Below, piece by piece: positions 45,491 through 60,400 of a stretch of DNA of 64,000 nucleotides (positions are counted from its first letter, which is position 1; every line of letters starts with the position of its first letter). Source of the DNA: a virus; the IMG/VR virus record IMGVR_UViG_3300024264_001700, positions 21,586-85,585 of that record, one strand, 5' to 3'. Both the position numbers and the translations under genes were made by a program. The notes under the pieces were generated by a model that saw only the letters and a list, made by a program, of their open reading frames with translations, was not told the origin of the DNA and searched no databases.

Positions 45491-48400
45491 CCAATAACCC
45501 ACTGTCACTGTCACGTACGAATCTAGCTATATTATTATTAGATTCAACAAGTGATTCCCCAGGAGTTGTCCATGTTTTTCCGATTTTTCTTACTACTGTT
45601 ACTTGTAAATTTTCTTGTGGTACAAAATTTAGTATTAAAGAATTTGATTTCCAAGATATTCCATTCCATGTAAATATATATTCACTTTGCATATGCTGTG
45701 TGCCTATAGTTGGACTTAGTGGTCTTGTATTATCTGTAAAGTCAAACTCTGGTAATATAAATTCTCCTGGAGTTAAAACATCTCCTTCGCTCGAATCTAA
45801 TGCCAATGTTTGATCAAAAATATCTATTTCATTTTTTCTAAGTCTTCTACCCGCATAAAATACTTCAAATTCATTTAAATTATTAGGCACAAAATCTAAA
45901 GCAAAGTTACTCGATATGCCATCAGTTGTAAAGTTTTGTGTAATTATTTGATCTCTGTACGGAATTGTTTTTGATATTCCTTGATCAAAAACATTAGTTC
46001 CTGCATTGATTATATCCTTTGTACCAGTACCGAGTGTTCCTCGTCTTAGCTGTCTTAATAAATTACCTTCTTTTACTAGATATTCAATACGTTCGCCTTC
46101 AATAAAAATTACACCAGGTATATTTTTACCTTTATTAGGTTCAGGTAATTTAGTTCCGTCTATAACTTCAATACGCAAGTCATAATAATTTAAATCTTGT
46201 GATAATGTAGTAGTAGCACTATCTAATCTTTTAAAGTGTGTTCTGTTTAACATATCTTTAAACTGTCTAAATGCAAAGGTATTAGTTACTACTGGTGCAG
46301 CAAAATGTATAATATCTATTACATCGTTAGGATTAGGTAATTCTAAAAGTTGTACTTTTTTCAAGTCACTAGTTATATGATAATCTACAGTAGGTGATAA
46401 TAATTCACCATTTATACTTACCCAAACATATTGTGCATCTATAGCAGGATAACGTAGTTCAATTTCACCTCTAGTAAGTCTATGATAAATTACAAACTCA
46501 TCTTGACCTTCGGAAATAATCGATCTAGCAACAACGTCTAAATTGATTCTTTCAGTTTGTAATATATCGTGATTTGTAAATTTAATCACTTCAATTAAAC
46601 TATTATCTGCGGGCGGCACTTTAAATGTTACATCTGTTCCATCTATTGTATATTCGCCGTCTGTTACAACATATATTTCAAGAATATCACCTTCATTTCC
46701 TGTGCCAGGTGTTAATTCTATAGCATTATTAAATATATCAAATCTCCACTGTGCAGGGAAAGTTATAGTTTCTCCATTTAATATTACAAGTAAATCGTTA
46801 ACAGTAATAGATGCTCCGGGCTGCTGGAACAAATCTAAACTATACTGTGTAGTACCTACTAGTTCTTCGCTTAATTCGTCATACTCAACTATTCGATTAT
46901 TAGAATCAACAACAAACTGTTTGTTATATCCTGGATTTAATATTTTATTATCTACTTTTATAATTGTATTATGTTGAGTTGGTAATTTATACAAAGGAGA
47001 TTGTGTTAAATTATATAATACACTCGAACCATCACCTTTAAATACGTCTTTTGTAACTTGACTATAATTTATTTTTGTGTTATCATAAAATACAATATAA
47101 TTTACCTGAGCATTCTCTGAAGGCGGAGTATCAAATCGTATTAAAAGATTTCCTTTTAAGTTTTTGTTGGTACTATCAGTTGAGTCGTAATTTACTAGAG
47201 TAGTGCTTACTTGTACGCCGTCAATAGTTGCAAATACATCTAATAGATCTGTGTAATCAACATCAACAATAACTTCGTATTTTACGCCATCGCCGACAAA
47301 TGCATCAGCTGTTAGTATTTTTTGTTGTCCTGCACTAATAGTAATAATGTTAAGTTCTTTTTCACTATCTGGTACTTCATTTAATGTTACTGTGTTATTA
47401 ACAAAATCAATAGTATACTTGTCATTTGATAATATTACATTATCTAATTTTACTATTACAGCATCTTTAGTACTAGGAGTAAGTTCTAAATTAAATTCTA
47501 CAGTACCGTCAGTTTTATAACTTTGTGAATAAATTTTTCCTTGTCCGTCACCTTCTCTATGATATACTTTAATATCAAGAGTATCTACTAGTTGTCCTGG
47601 AACAAGTTCTTCAGGACCTTTAGACGTTGTAGGTGTAACAAAGCCGTCACCGTCAACAATAATATCTTCTGCATTTATACCCTGGGCAGTTTGATAGTTT
47701 AAATCTCCGCCACTAAGTGCCGTATCGTAACTTTCTGTATCCGGAGTAACACTGCCGTCACTTGTATTTTTTCTTATAATTAATACATCTCCATCAGCAA
47801 CAATAATACCCAACTCATCTAGGAAAATTGTATCTGTTGTGCCGTCGCCGATCAAGCTATTAATTATTACACCGGTATAATCAAATTTGCCGCTATCAAA
47901 ATTTGGATCATCAATTCTTACACCGTTAAGATATACATTATATTCTGTATCTTGTTCTAATGGCTGGCTTAATTTTATACTAATAGTTGAACCGTCAAAT
48001 GTAAATATTTCATCTTCATATGTATTATCATATATGTCCCATGAAGTACTATACCATTCTCCAGATCCCCAACCAGCAGGTCCTTCAAAATCAAAACTTC
48101 TTACTTCAACGCCGCCGTAATCAACACCGTCCATAAGTTGTGCAAAATTCATCGAACCATCATTGTTTTCACCTATACCAAACATTCCTGTAGTAGGATT
48201 GTATCCGTATGCTAATCTATCTTGTGCAGTAAGCATACTAATAGGCTTATAATAATCAATTACAATTTCTGCACCTACATTAGGCGGAGTAGTAAATATT
48301 ATTTGTCCTTGTTCTCTTGTATAAGTTTTATCTAAATTTTCTGTATTTGCAAATGTATAACGACTTCTTAATTGTTCTTTATTATCTATTAATACTTTTA

Positions 48401-51400
48401 CTTTGGTATTATTTAGATCCATAGGAAAATTTAAGTCAAAAACAAATTTAGATCCTGTTCCGTAGTAAGTTTCTGATTCAGTTAATTCAGCAATATATAC
48501 GTTGCCACTAATTCTATCAAATTTTACTTTAATATTTGCTGTACGTGCAAGACCGTTACCTAAAATTACACTTGCTGTTGCAGATGTACCATCGTCTTCT
48601 TGTGAGCCTATAATTTCAATATCTGGTTTAGATATGTATCCTGATCCAGCATTAGTAACTTTGATTTCTACAATTTTTCCTTGGCTTATATAAGCTTCGG
48701 CTGTTGCATTCTGGCCGCCGCCGCCGGTTATAATAACTTTTGGCTTTGTAAGATATCCTGATCCTGGATTTGCTATTTTAATTTGTGTAATTTCGTATCC
48801 TACATTATCTAACCAGTGCTTCCTTGGATACTCGAGCATAATATCATCTATGCCTATAAGTTGTGTTTCTTGTGCTTTAACTTTAGAAGTTTGTATACTT
48901 TTTGTATTTTCAGAATAAAAAGGAGGTAAATCAAAATCTGTTGTGGAGCTTCTTGTATTATCAAAAGCATCATAATCTGTTACAAATTCTCGTATAGTCG
49001 AACTATATGGTTTTGCTTCATTAATAAAATCTGTATAACTTGGTAAAGTATTGTTTTGGAAGTTTCTAGGCTGATCTAAAACTCCTTTATTATGTTTACC
49101 TTTTATAAAGCTAGTCTTAAATGCCCAATCTACATTATTTTGTTCTGAGAATATATATCTTAAACTTGCAAACCATAACTTATTATATTCTACAGATAAG
49201 TTATCTACAAACAAATTATCTCTTATTGTTTCTAATATAATTCTTGTTTCTTTAATAGGCTGAGAATCGTAAAAATAACTATCGTATGAACGATTGTCAT
49301 ATCCGATAGAGTTACCTGCTAAATCATATAATGCATCTGAGAATTGTATAGAACCGTTTTGTCTGCCTATAGTTTCATAATTTACTGTATAGTCATCTAC
49401 AGATTCATTTGCTATTTTACGCAATAATAACCAACCGCCTGTACTAATATTAGCAATTTTTACTGTATCGCCTATTGTAGCCTCTAATCCTAATAATTCA
49501 TAACTTTGGTCTACTTCGTAATCGATATCAGTAAATTCATTTATACCTTCTTGGTACCAATCAATATAATTCCAAAATAAGTTAACATCAAATTCTTGTA
49601 CTTGATATCTAAACCAGGTTTTTTCATCATAGTTTAATCTATAAATTGACCACTTGCCGAATACTGTTGAATCATTATTAACTAATACAGAAAATGGTCT
49701 AACACTTATTAATGTATTGCTTTCATAATTATTACCTTGTGATTCTACATTTATATTTGTAATTTGTCCTAGATTATTAATTGTAATATCAAAAGAGGCA
49801 CCATTACCGTTACCTATAATAGAATATGTAGGAGCAACTTTGTAGCCTCTACCAGGATTTATAATTCTAACTCTTACAATTCTACCATTTTGTATAACAG
49901 GTTCAAGTATTGCCTGTTCTGCTTTCGATATACCTACAAATTGTAATTCTGATGTTGTATCAATTACTGCATCATATTGACTACTTAATTGAGTAGGTGC
50001 AACTTGTGCTTGTGATAATGGACTTAAATTATATAAATCAGCAATGATATTCTTTTTGAGTATCATATTCACACGTTCTATTACTTGCTTCAATGCTTCT
50101 TCACGGTTAACAAACATACTTTGTCTTGGTCTAAATTTGTTTCCATATCTATATTTTGGAGAAAGTGTGATATCCGGAACTACTTTAAGATTTGTATCAT
50201 ATCCAACAAGACTATCAAACCATTTTTGTTCTATTTCTGTATTCAATCTACTTGTTTCAAGACCTTCACTTATAATCTGATACTGATTATGTACATTTTG
50301 GTCTATTGTATCTTCAGTCCATCTTATCGATAAAACAATATCTTTGTTATTAATAAAAGAACTAATATTGTGCATTGTTAGTCGATTAGCTGAAAGAAAG
50401 TTTACATGTCGATACCCTTGTGCAGAAGGATTAGTAATTAATTTTGTAACATCTAATGCACTAATTGTTCTATCTTCTAAAGACGGAACTGTTGCTTTGT
50501 TCTTTACCCAGAAGTAGTTTTTAACAAAATATGCATTAGATACAGAATCATAAAACGTTTTTTGTGTATAGATTGCATCACTGTATATACTCTGGCCGCT
50601 GACGCCTTTTAATAATCCTTCTTCGGTATCAGCAATTTCGTCATACTCACTAGGTGTAAATTCTGATTCTACCCATTCGTATACATCTACACTTGTATTA
50701 AATTCTAATTTATTAAATGCACCATTTTGATAAATCGTGTCGCCTTGATAAGGGTATGTAAATCTAGCTTCGCTAATGTCCCACCATAATTTTCCAACGT
50801 TTTCTTCAGCCCAAAATTTCTCTTCATCGTATACACCTGCAACTGCACTTACATTATATCGAGCAGGATCAAACGGAATCTTATATGTTAATTCTTGTTC
50901 TGCAGGACCTGCAATTTTTCCTTGTATCGGATCTATCCAATCTAAGTAAGTTAGTATTTGATCTGTTCTTTTGTTATAAAGGAAAATATTTTCAATTTTA
51001 CTTGTATCAACTGGAGCAATTTTTTCTCTTGTTTTAGTCCATGCTGTTTTACCCGAATCTTTACGATATTCTAAAACTGTTCCTCTAGACTTTTGATTTA
51101 ATGTTCCGTCTGGCAATATAATAGGAGCAGTACGTGTCCACTCTGTATTATCAAAGTCTCTATCTTCAATAACTAAGCCTGGAGTAATATCAGCGTTAGC
51201 AACATATGCTATACCGTCATATTCTACTATAGAGCCTTTTTTGTACGATTTATTTTTTGAAAATACATCGTAATCGTTTAAGATCATATTTGTCATACCC
51301 ATATAGACATGATTATTATTAATTTTTAAATTTTCACCTAACAATATTGCATCTTTATCACGTAAGACTAGATCTTCTGCAAAAAGATATTTCTGTTCAA

Positions 51401-54400
51401 TTTTTTCATAGTGATAAACTACACCCGAATCTTTATTAGAACCTGCAAATCTAGTAAAGTTATTATCAAACGCAGTTTCGCCTGTATCAAAAATAGTAGG
51501 TATTACACTATCGCCGTTTGCACTAGTAATAAAAATGCCATTATTAGTTGCAGCTACAGTAAAGCCAAACAATTCAGATTCTTCATTGCTAGGACTATAT
51601 AGCATTTGACCTTTTGTAAATCTTGTTCCATTAAACTGATATACATGGACCTTACCTTGATCTATTTTATTAATATCATCAAATGGTTCGCCGATTGCTA
51701 TAGTGTTTCCGTCTGGACTGATTGATATAGAATTAGCAAAACCGGTATTTGGTATATCTGGATAGATAGACTGATCTAAATAAAATTTATCATTAATCTT
51801 TCTATATACTAAAACTATAGTTTCAGGAGTTGAATTTGTTTCTTGTGTACTAGTTGTAATTAGAACGTCACCTGTAGTACTTAATTCAAATTTTTCACCA
51901 AATCTAATTATGTTAGTTTCTGGATCAAAAAATACTTCATCTTTAGCATTAAATTGCTCTGTCCATTCATTTGGATTAAACCTGCGATTTAATTCAATAC
52001 TATTAGGAGTTATATCATCATTTGCTTTATACAGTTTTTCGTTATACACTACAATCGAATCAACATTATACGATGCATTTTTATCAAAATCTGCAAAATC
52101 ATATGCAACAAATCCACTATTGTTAGGAATGTAACCTAAATAATCGATTCCAGTTGGAACAATATCCCATTGAAAATAGTTAAATGACGAATTTGCCGAA
52201 ATGTTAGTTTTTGCAACAAATAACCTATTGTTTCCGCTATCAGGACCATCATATTTTACTATTTCACCAGCTCTGTATGGTATTACAGGATCATATTCTC
52301 CTCTATAATCTTTATCAATACCGTAAACAAAGCTTATATTTTTCCAGTATAAATTATTTGTAACTAATATAGGATTATTAATATCTTGAATAAAATTAAT
52401 TAATGTTTCGTAGTATTCACCTCTAAATACTACAATATCTCCTTGCACATAATCTAAGTTTAAATCAAACTTACCGCGATATCTTAATGATTGCTCATCA
52501 TCAAGACCATGTGTTAAAAATTCTATAGTACCAAAGTTATTTAAAGACTCGTCGCCTTCTGAACTTACAGAAATATAATATTTACTATTAACTTGTTTTA
52601 CATTTATTCTAGATCCAAACTTTCTGTCATTTCCTCTATACCTAGAAACTATACTTCTAATGTATGTATATGCGCCGTTTTCACTACGTCTATATACAGA
52701 TATAACACCTTCATTATCAAATTTCTTTTCGCCAAAACTATCAACCGGTATGTTATATACTTGTGTATAATCTTTATTAAACGAACTAGGTAAACTTGCA
52801 CTTCTCGAATCACCACTTCTAGTTTGCTCATTATATAACCAGTATTCGTCATTTACTAAGTCTGCATTCTCCACAAGTGGCATAAAGAATGTTCCTGTTG
52901 AATCATTTATTACGTTATTTTTTACAACAAAAAGTTTGCCTATATTATCAGCTGTGTTTACAAGTGAAAATCCTACATCAACACTATCAATAACTCCCAT
53001 ATCTCTATCTGGATCAGCTGCTCCTCTATATAAGTCATTACCTAATCTAGTAAATTCATATCTAGCAATATTAGTATTGTATAATTCAAAGTTTCCGCCA
53101 TAGGTAGTACCGTCGTACTCTTGTAGGATTTTTACATACACTCTTACACGTAGGAAATCTCTTTGATAGAACATTACTTCTGCTGCACTAGTATTGTAAC
53201 TGGTTAATGCAAGTCCGCCAAATTCATTAAAAGGTATTTGTTTATCAACAATTATATCTCCACCATTTGGTCTTTCTGTAAGAACATTTCCTACATAATG
53301 ATATCTAGCCTGCGGTTCAAATGGATCTCCATTAAAATCAAATTCTGAATATTCAAATTCAATAAATCCATCCCAGATATCAAATACATCATGAGATTTA
53401 TTTATAATACTATCTTGAAATCCAAATTGTGTTAAATCAGTAGTAAAGTTTTCGTTTGACTGTAGTTCTAATTTTATACTTTCTCCTGAAACTATAGAAT
53501 TAAATTCATCAGTGTTTGGAGTTCTAAATACAAATATATCTGCAGGATAATCTGCTGGGGTATTATAAGGATTTCCTGAATAAGATAAATTTAATATTTG
53601 ACTTGCTTGTTTTTTTATTCCTGTATAATCGCCTATTGTAGATGTTGTATTAAGTAAATTAAAATATTGATTCTTAACTCTAGATTCTTCAGATCTTACT
53701 AAGTCTACATATACTAAACCATTTCCAGTATCATAAAACTCAGTACCATTATTATAAGGGTCTGTTTCAATAAGCCAAAATCCTCCTACTACATCAGGTG
53801 TAAGATTTTCTGCTATTAATGAATATGTACCAACTAGGTTATCATCATTTACAAACATAACTCCTGTTTGTTCAAAAACTCCGGTTGTATTTTCTAGATA
53901 TAAAACAGTAGTTCCGCCTTGTTCTCCTACAAAAACAACTGTTCCGGCTGCTGTTGTAGTTTCTAAAAAATCTCCTATTATTGGAAGAACAGTATATTCC
54001 GGGATACGTACTATAACTTCTACCTTGTTTTTAATTTCAAACGCACCTGTTAAGTCTGTAGCTTTAATATCTAATAAGTTATTCCATGGCTCGTATGCAT
54101 CATTTATATTTGGATTGTTTTTCGAATATAAATTATATTGTAAATGTATAGTGTCTCCAACTGATGATGCAAGATACTGTTGTAGAGGTGCTCTAACTAA
54201 TACATGTCCTCTTCCTGTCTCAGGGTTATTGACATAGTTATTATTAAGACCAGGAGTTCCAGTAATTAATAATGCTAATAATGTACTATCAACTGTATCG
54301 TCATTAATAAAATCAGTGTAACTACCGAAAGTGTTATACGACTGGCTGCCGATTGCTGGTAAAATATCTCTATTTGCTCTCCATAAACTTTCTTTATAAT

Positions 54401-57400
54401 TTACAATATCAGATTTACTATATGGCAAAAATGGATCAAAGTTTTCTTTATATCTAGTTCTTACATTTGACGCTGTTGGAGAGCCTACAAACAAATAATT
54501 TCCGTCAGGTGTATATGCAACCGAAGTACCGTATCCTGATTCTGCCTCATCACTACTAAAAATATCTCCACCTGATGTTAAAGTTTGATCTAAGGTCCAT
54601 GAACTAATATCATTTGATCTACGATAAACGTGTACTCTACCATCTAATTCTTTAGGAGATCCTACAACCATATTTCTGTTATTAGATGTTACATCTAATG
54701 TCGATGCATAATCATGAAAGGAGCCGTCGTCAGTTGTAGGATTTTCTACACTACTTTGTAGATTGTATACTTCTTCATTTCTATATACTCCCCAGTTAGA
54801 ATCTCCGTCAATATCATCTACCCAAATCTGTTGATTAAGTGCTTTATTTTGTTGTAGGATAGCATTTGCACTATCTAAATCTGTACTTCTTACTGATCGT
54901 AGTCCGACTACTTTTAAATCTAAATCATCGTTATGATCAACATCTACAAACTCTGGAAAATCTTTTTGTAACGGCCATTCAACTATCACGTCATTTCTAT
55001 TTTTTTGTATTACTTTGTAGAAATTTACTATACCAAATAGTTCTGCATTAATAACAGAAATATAATCGCCTATTGCAATATCTGTAGGAAATTTATTAAA
55101 CGTAAATCTTACTAACGGATAATCCGAGTCTGGAGTAGTAGTAAGATTTAAATTAACTTCTGATGTTCCAACTAATGTTAGATTTAATCTTGTAAATTGA
55201 TGAACATTCCAAGTATTATTATCAATAGGAGACCAAATATATTGATCTTCTATTAATTGATTTACGTTAGCATAAATTATGTCTTCAAAATTTACTACTT
55301 TAAAATCTACGTCTCCATTATATACATATCCGCTAGATTTTATATACTCGTCAAATTTAGCCGTTGTAGGGAATGGTGAATTGTTATAATTTTTTGATTT
55401 GTGATATAGCTCAAACGGACGTTGTCTATAAACTTTATCTGTATTATCTTGTGGTAGATAATCAACAAGTTCAATAGGTTGCGGCGAAAGTAGCATACTC
55501 TGTTCATCTAATACAATTTCTAATTCTTCTTTTTTATCAACTGATCCGTATCTGCCTACTTGAATTGCCCATTCTTCATAGAACTCTAAACTATCTTTGT
55601 CTGCTGTATTCAGTGCATCAAATAATTTATCAAGTGCATTTTTTGTGCCTTTTTCTTGTATAAATCCTTGATAGAATTTATACTGACTAACATCATCGTT
55701 GATTATATTTGACAAATATTTTCTATTTTGATATCCTAATAGATGTTGAGCAAGTTTTTGTTTTTCTATATCAAAATTGTCACTATCTAAATCATAAAAA
55801 TCTGTAAATTCACTAATTCTATAATCAAAATTTGTAAGTAACTGTGATTTTGGTCTTTCATCGAGTATTTGCCATTTAGATGTACTAAATGTTTCATTAC
55901 CAGGAATATTTTCTAAAGCTACATAATAAAATTCTTTATATTTTATCAAATCACCGATAACATAATCTTGCCATTCTTGCCATTCAGTTACTTTTGCATC
56001 GTCGAAAACAAACCCAGGTGCATTAAGTGTACCATTCCATTTATCGCTTCTGTATCCTGAAACTTTTATTCTTTCTTGTCTATAACCTGTAGACGGTTTA
56101 TATATAATATCGCTAAATTGTGTAGTATTATCTAGCAGCACAACATGCTCTTTTTGCACGAGAGGAAGTTTTATGTGATATACTCCGTCTTCAGTGTTTG
56201 CTAATCCTATGCTAAATCCCGTCGCGGATCTAGCTATTCTACTAATATCTGATTTAATTTGATTGCCATCTGCATTTAGAATTAATCCATAATCATAAAA
56301 ATTATTATTAAGATTATCTACGGTTACAAAAGCTCTTTCAAAATCTATTAATTCTGCACTAGGACTTATAGATAATGCATTTCCTGGTGCCCAGTTTTGA
56401 GTTGTCCAGAATAAAAATTCTCTTACTGCATATGTCCAGTTTTTAATATTATTAGAGCCAGCAAATTGTTCAAACTTGAAGCCTAGTTTATTTAAATATT
56501 CTCCATAACCTATTAAAAAGTCTACTACTTCTTGACTAGTTCTTAATGTTTCACCGTAGTTAAGATAACTTGTAATAGAACTAAATTTTTGCGCTACGGT
56601 TGCAGATTTTCCACCTACAACTGGTGCTTCGGAAAGTCGAGCTAAATTAGTATCATCAAATTGCGCATTACTTTTATAATTTTTTATTACTCTATAAAAT
56701 ACTGTTCCGTCTTCGACAACTTGACCTTTATAATAATTTTTTTCCGGTTGCCACTTAACAAATTCTTCGCTAACTCCTCCTACCGAAATTGCCGGATCTG
56801 AAAATGAAGTAATCGGTTTATAATATGAAAATTGCGGTTTAGCCGGATCATAACCTTTAATTATATAACCAGATGCACTTTTTTCTACAATTACACCACT
56901 GTAACTAGCAATATCGATCGGTGTACTTTTATGTAAGAATATTTTATAGTTTTCTTCAGGTACAAATACATTACCTTGATTATAAGGTGTTCTACTGTCT
57001 AGTATTAATTTAAACTTATCTTTATTACTAAACCCAGCTATTTTAAAACCCATTTTGTTTTTAATTGATTTAACATTGTTAGTATAATCTTCGTATACTT
57101 TTGTTACATAACCTGAAATATAATTATACTGGTAATTCACTAACCCACTTGTATAAATTCTTTCATCATCATTATACGTATTAGGAAATTTAATTTTTTC
57201 TAATTCTATACTTTTTCCTGTAGGAGTGTAAACTAATTGTCCGCAGAAATTTCTAGACATTCTAGAAATATCAAAAGCAGTACCAAGTACTTTAGCTGGT
57301 TGATTTAGTAAGTAACTAAGAAGTATTGCAAAAGGATATTCGCTTGAATTTCTCCATGCTGCTTCTACTGGAGCAGAATCTCCAAATGTAAATCGTTGAC

Positions 57401-60400
57401 GTGTATAACTTGCAACATAATTCTTTGCAAAATTACTTTCTAACGGAGCAGTTAAATTTCCTCTATCGTCTACAGGAATATGAGATACTAATCCCGGTCT
57501 TATATATTTTGGATTTCTAATAGGTAATTTTCCTGGCTCTCTTATCAAGCCTTCTTGTAAATCTTCCCATAATACTAAATTATTTTTTGTATACGGAGCT
57601 ACTCCATAAACTTCGTCCCACCAAGAAGGTTTGATTGTAAACCCTATCATTTCCCATGGATGACTGTGTGGTCGATCTGTATCATATGCTTGCTTATAAA
57701 TACCTCTCCAAAATCCTGGCAAGGTTTCATCATTAGGTCCGGTCATTGAAGAATAATTTATTAAAAATTTATCTGATCTATTATAAAAACTATTTTCTGT
57801 ATAATCTTCATCAACTATTTGATTCCATTGCAAGAAATCAATCAATAATGTATTATCTATTTCCTGTTTAGTAAATTTAGTATCTCTATAAAATCCTCCA
57901 ACATAATCATTAATGTCAAAGATATTAGGATTATAATCTACTTTAATATTATTAAATATTCGTTTTTCAAATTCTAATAATAAATCATCTCGATAGTCGT
58001 TAAATGCTACAGTAATACTTCCGTCGTGTCCTTGTATTACTCGTGTAGGTTCTCTAAATCTATCATCAATATAAATTTTTGGTTCGTAACTAGGATATAA
58101 TCCTAATTTTGTAGGTGTAGGCGGAACATACGATCCATCTGTCGAACTATACTCATAAATTTCAATAGTATCGCCAACTTCTTTATCGGCTACGATAACA
58201 GCAAATCCTTCAGAACTAAATGTATAATCACGTCCTTTTAATAATTGAGTACCGTTCAAATAAACATTAACCGCAGTAGTGCTTATTATGCTGTCGTCAT
58301 AAGCGTTGCTTATTGCAAAAAACGGATTTGAGTCATCTAGTACTTCGTAAACTAATCGTTTACCTGTATTATAAGATATCATATCACTAAAATAAAATGG
58401 CATATTAGATGTTTTATCTTTATTAATTTCTAATAATATTTTATTTAAATGCTGTATTACTGGCCCTGAATATCCTAATTTTGTAGAAGTTTGTATAAGC
58501 TGTCTTTTAAATTTTGCATACTCTTGTTTAGAAAATCGTAAAGCACTTACAATGTTATGTTCTTGAGAATTTAAATGATAATTTGCTAAATTTACAGGTC
58601 CAGAATGTTTCATAAATCTAGTACCAAACTTATCAAGATCTCCTAAATCTCTTAAATTACTTTTTCCAGGATATGTACCGTCAAATTTAGGAATTTCACC
58701 TATCATTGTATTGACATGGTCTACAACTTCTCCTAATGTAAAATCAACTACATTTTCATTTAATGGATTTCTTTCTAAGTTATTAGGTATTTCATAAAAT
58801 CCATTTTTAGATTTAGGACTATTTGATAAAGTTTTTATAATTACAATTTGATTTTCTTTTAAATCATTTGTAAATGTTACAAAAGTTTTTTTATTAATTC
58901 TATCTATTTGATAATCTACATTTTCTTTTTGAAATCTGTCATTAACAAATACCTTGACTTTTAAATCTGTTAGCAAAGTTGAATTTTCGTAAACATCAAT
59001 TTCAAAGTTATTATTTTGTTGTAATGTAGATGTATATTGTCTAATAACATACTGTTTTGTTATTGTAGGTTGAGATGCCCAGCCGTTTTGATATTTAAAA
59101 TCTTCTCGACTTGTATATTTTCTTAAATATGCATTATCTGTATAGACTGTACTAGTACCAGTTTCACTTTGTATAGTAAATGTATCTGATAATAAATTAA
59201 AGTCAAACACAATATCGCCACTATTATCTATAGTTCTATAGCTTAAAGGAAATCCTAATTCTTCATCAGGAGTTCCGGTTCCTTCTCTATAACTAAAAAG
59301 CTTTGTTCCTGTAAAATTTGAACCTTCAAATATAGTAGAGTCGCCAAAATCGTTTCCATTAGGACAACATAAATCAAATTTAGGAGGCTGGTTAGTTTTT
59401 GTTTTTAATTGTCCTAGATTCCATTTGTTATTAGTAAAATGATAACTTTTACCTGCATTATTAGTACCCTTTGTAACTAAAACAGTTTCTAAATCTAATG
59501 GATTAGAGTCATCAGTTTCAAATAAACTTATTTGTCTATAACCTTGGAAGTTCAAAAACTTTACAGTGTATATTTTGTCTTTGACAAGTATATCTGTATC
59601 AGCAGTAAAAAGTATTCTCATACCTTCAGTTATGTCAACACCGTCGATATTATAGCCAGATGAGCCTTCTATAATAGAAAATACATCTGTTGTAAAATCA
59701 TCAATAAGATCAATATCTTTTTTTGCAAATGTTCCAAAATTAAATAATTTTAATCCTGATTCAAATTCAATAATAGGACGTTTAGCTCTAGCATCTTCAT
59801 CAATATTAACTTGTGTTAAATTAATTTCAGCACTTTTATCTATAACATCTCTATGAATCCATCTATTATATCTAGACCAGGCGTTTTTATCAATTGCTGC
59901 ACGATTAGAAACAATATAATCTTTTGTTGCAGGATATGAATTATTATTACTCCATGGTAATATATCAAATCCTTGGGAGTCAAACGGCACTAATTTATTT
60001 TCAGAATATGATGCAGGAATAATTAAATCTATAGTGTTTACTAATCTAATCTTGTCACCAACACCCTCAACATAATACTGACCTGTTTCGTAACTTTGTG
60101 GCACTGTATCCCCAAGGAAGTATACTTTCATTCCATTTGAAACACTCCAGCCATCTTTTGTTGTATATTCTTTTTTACCTAATATTTCTGCTGCTATATC
60201 GATAGTTGTATTTTCTTCAATATCATATACTCGGATATTGCCACTAGTATTCACATCATTTTTTGATATGTAAAATAATTTATCAGGCGCATTATCAGGA
60301 ATAGTAAATTCTATAGTTCCCTTTTCGATATATAAAGTTGCAATTTCTTCATCGTCTTCATTCAGTTTTCTTATTCCATCTGGATAAAGTGTAGAAATAT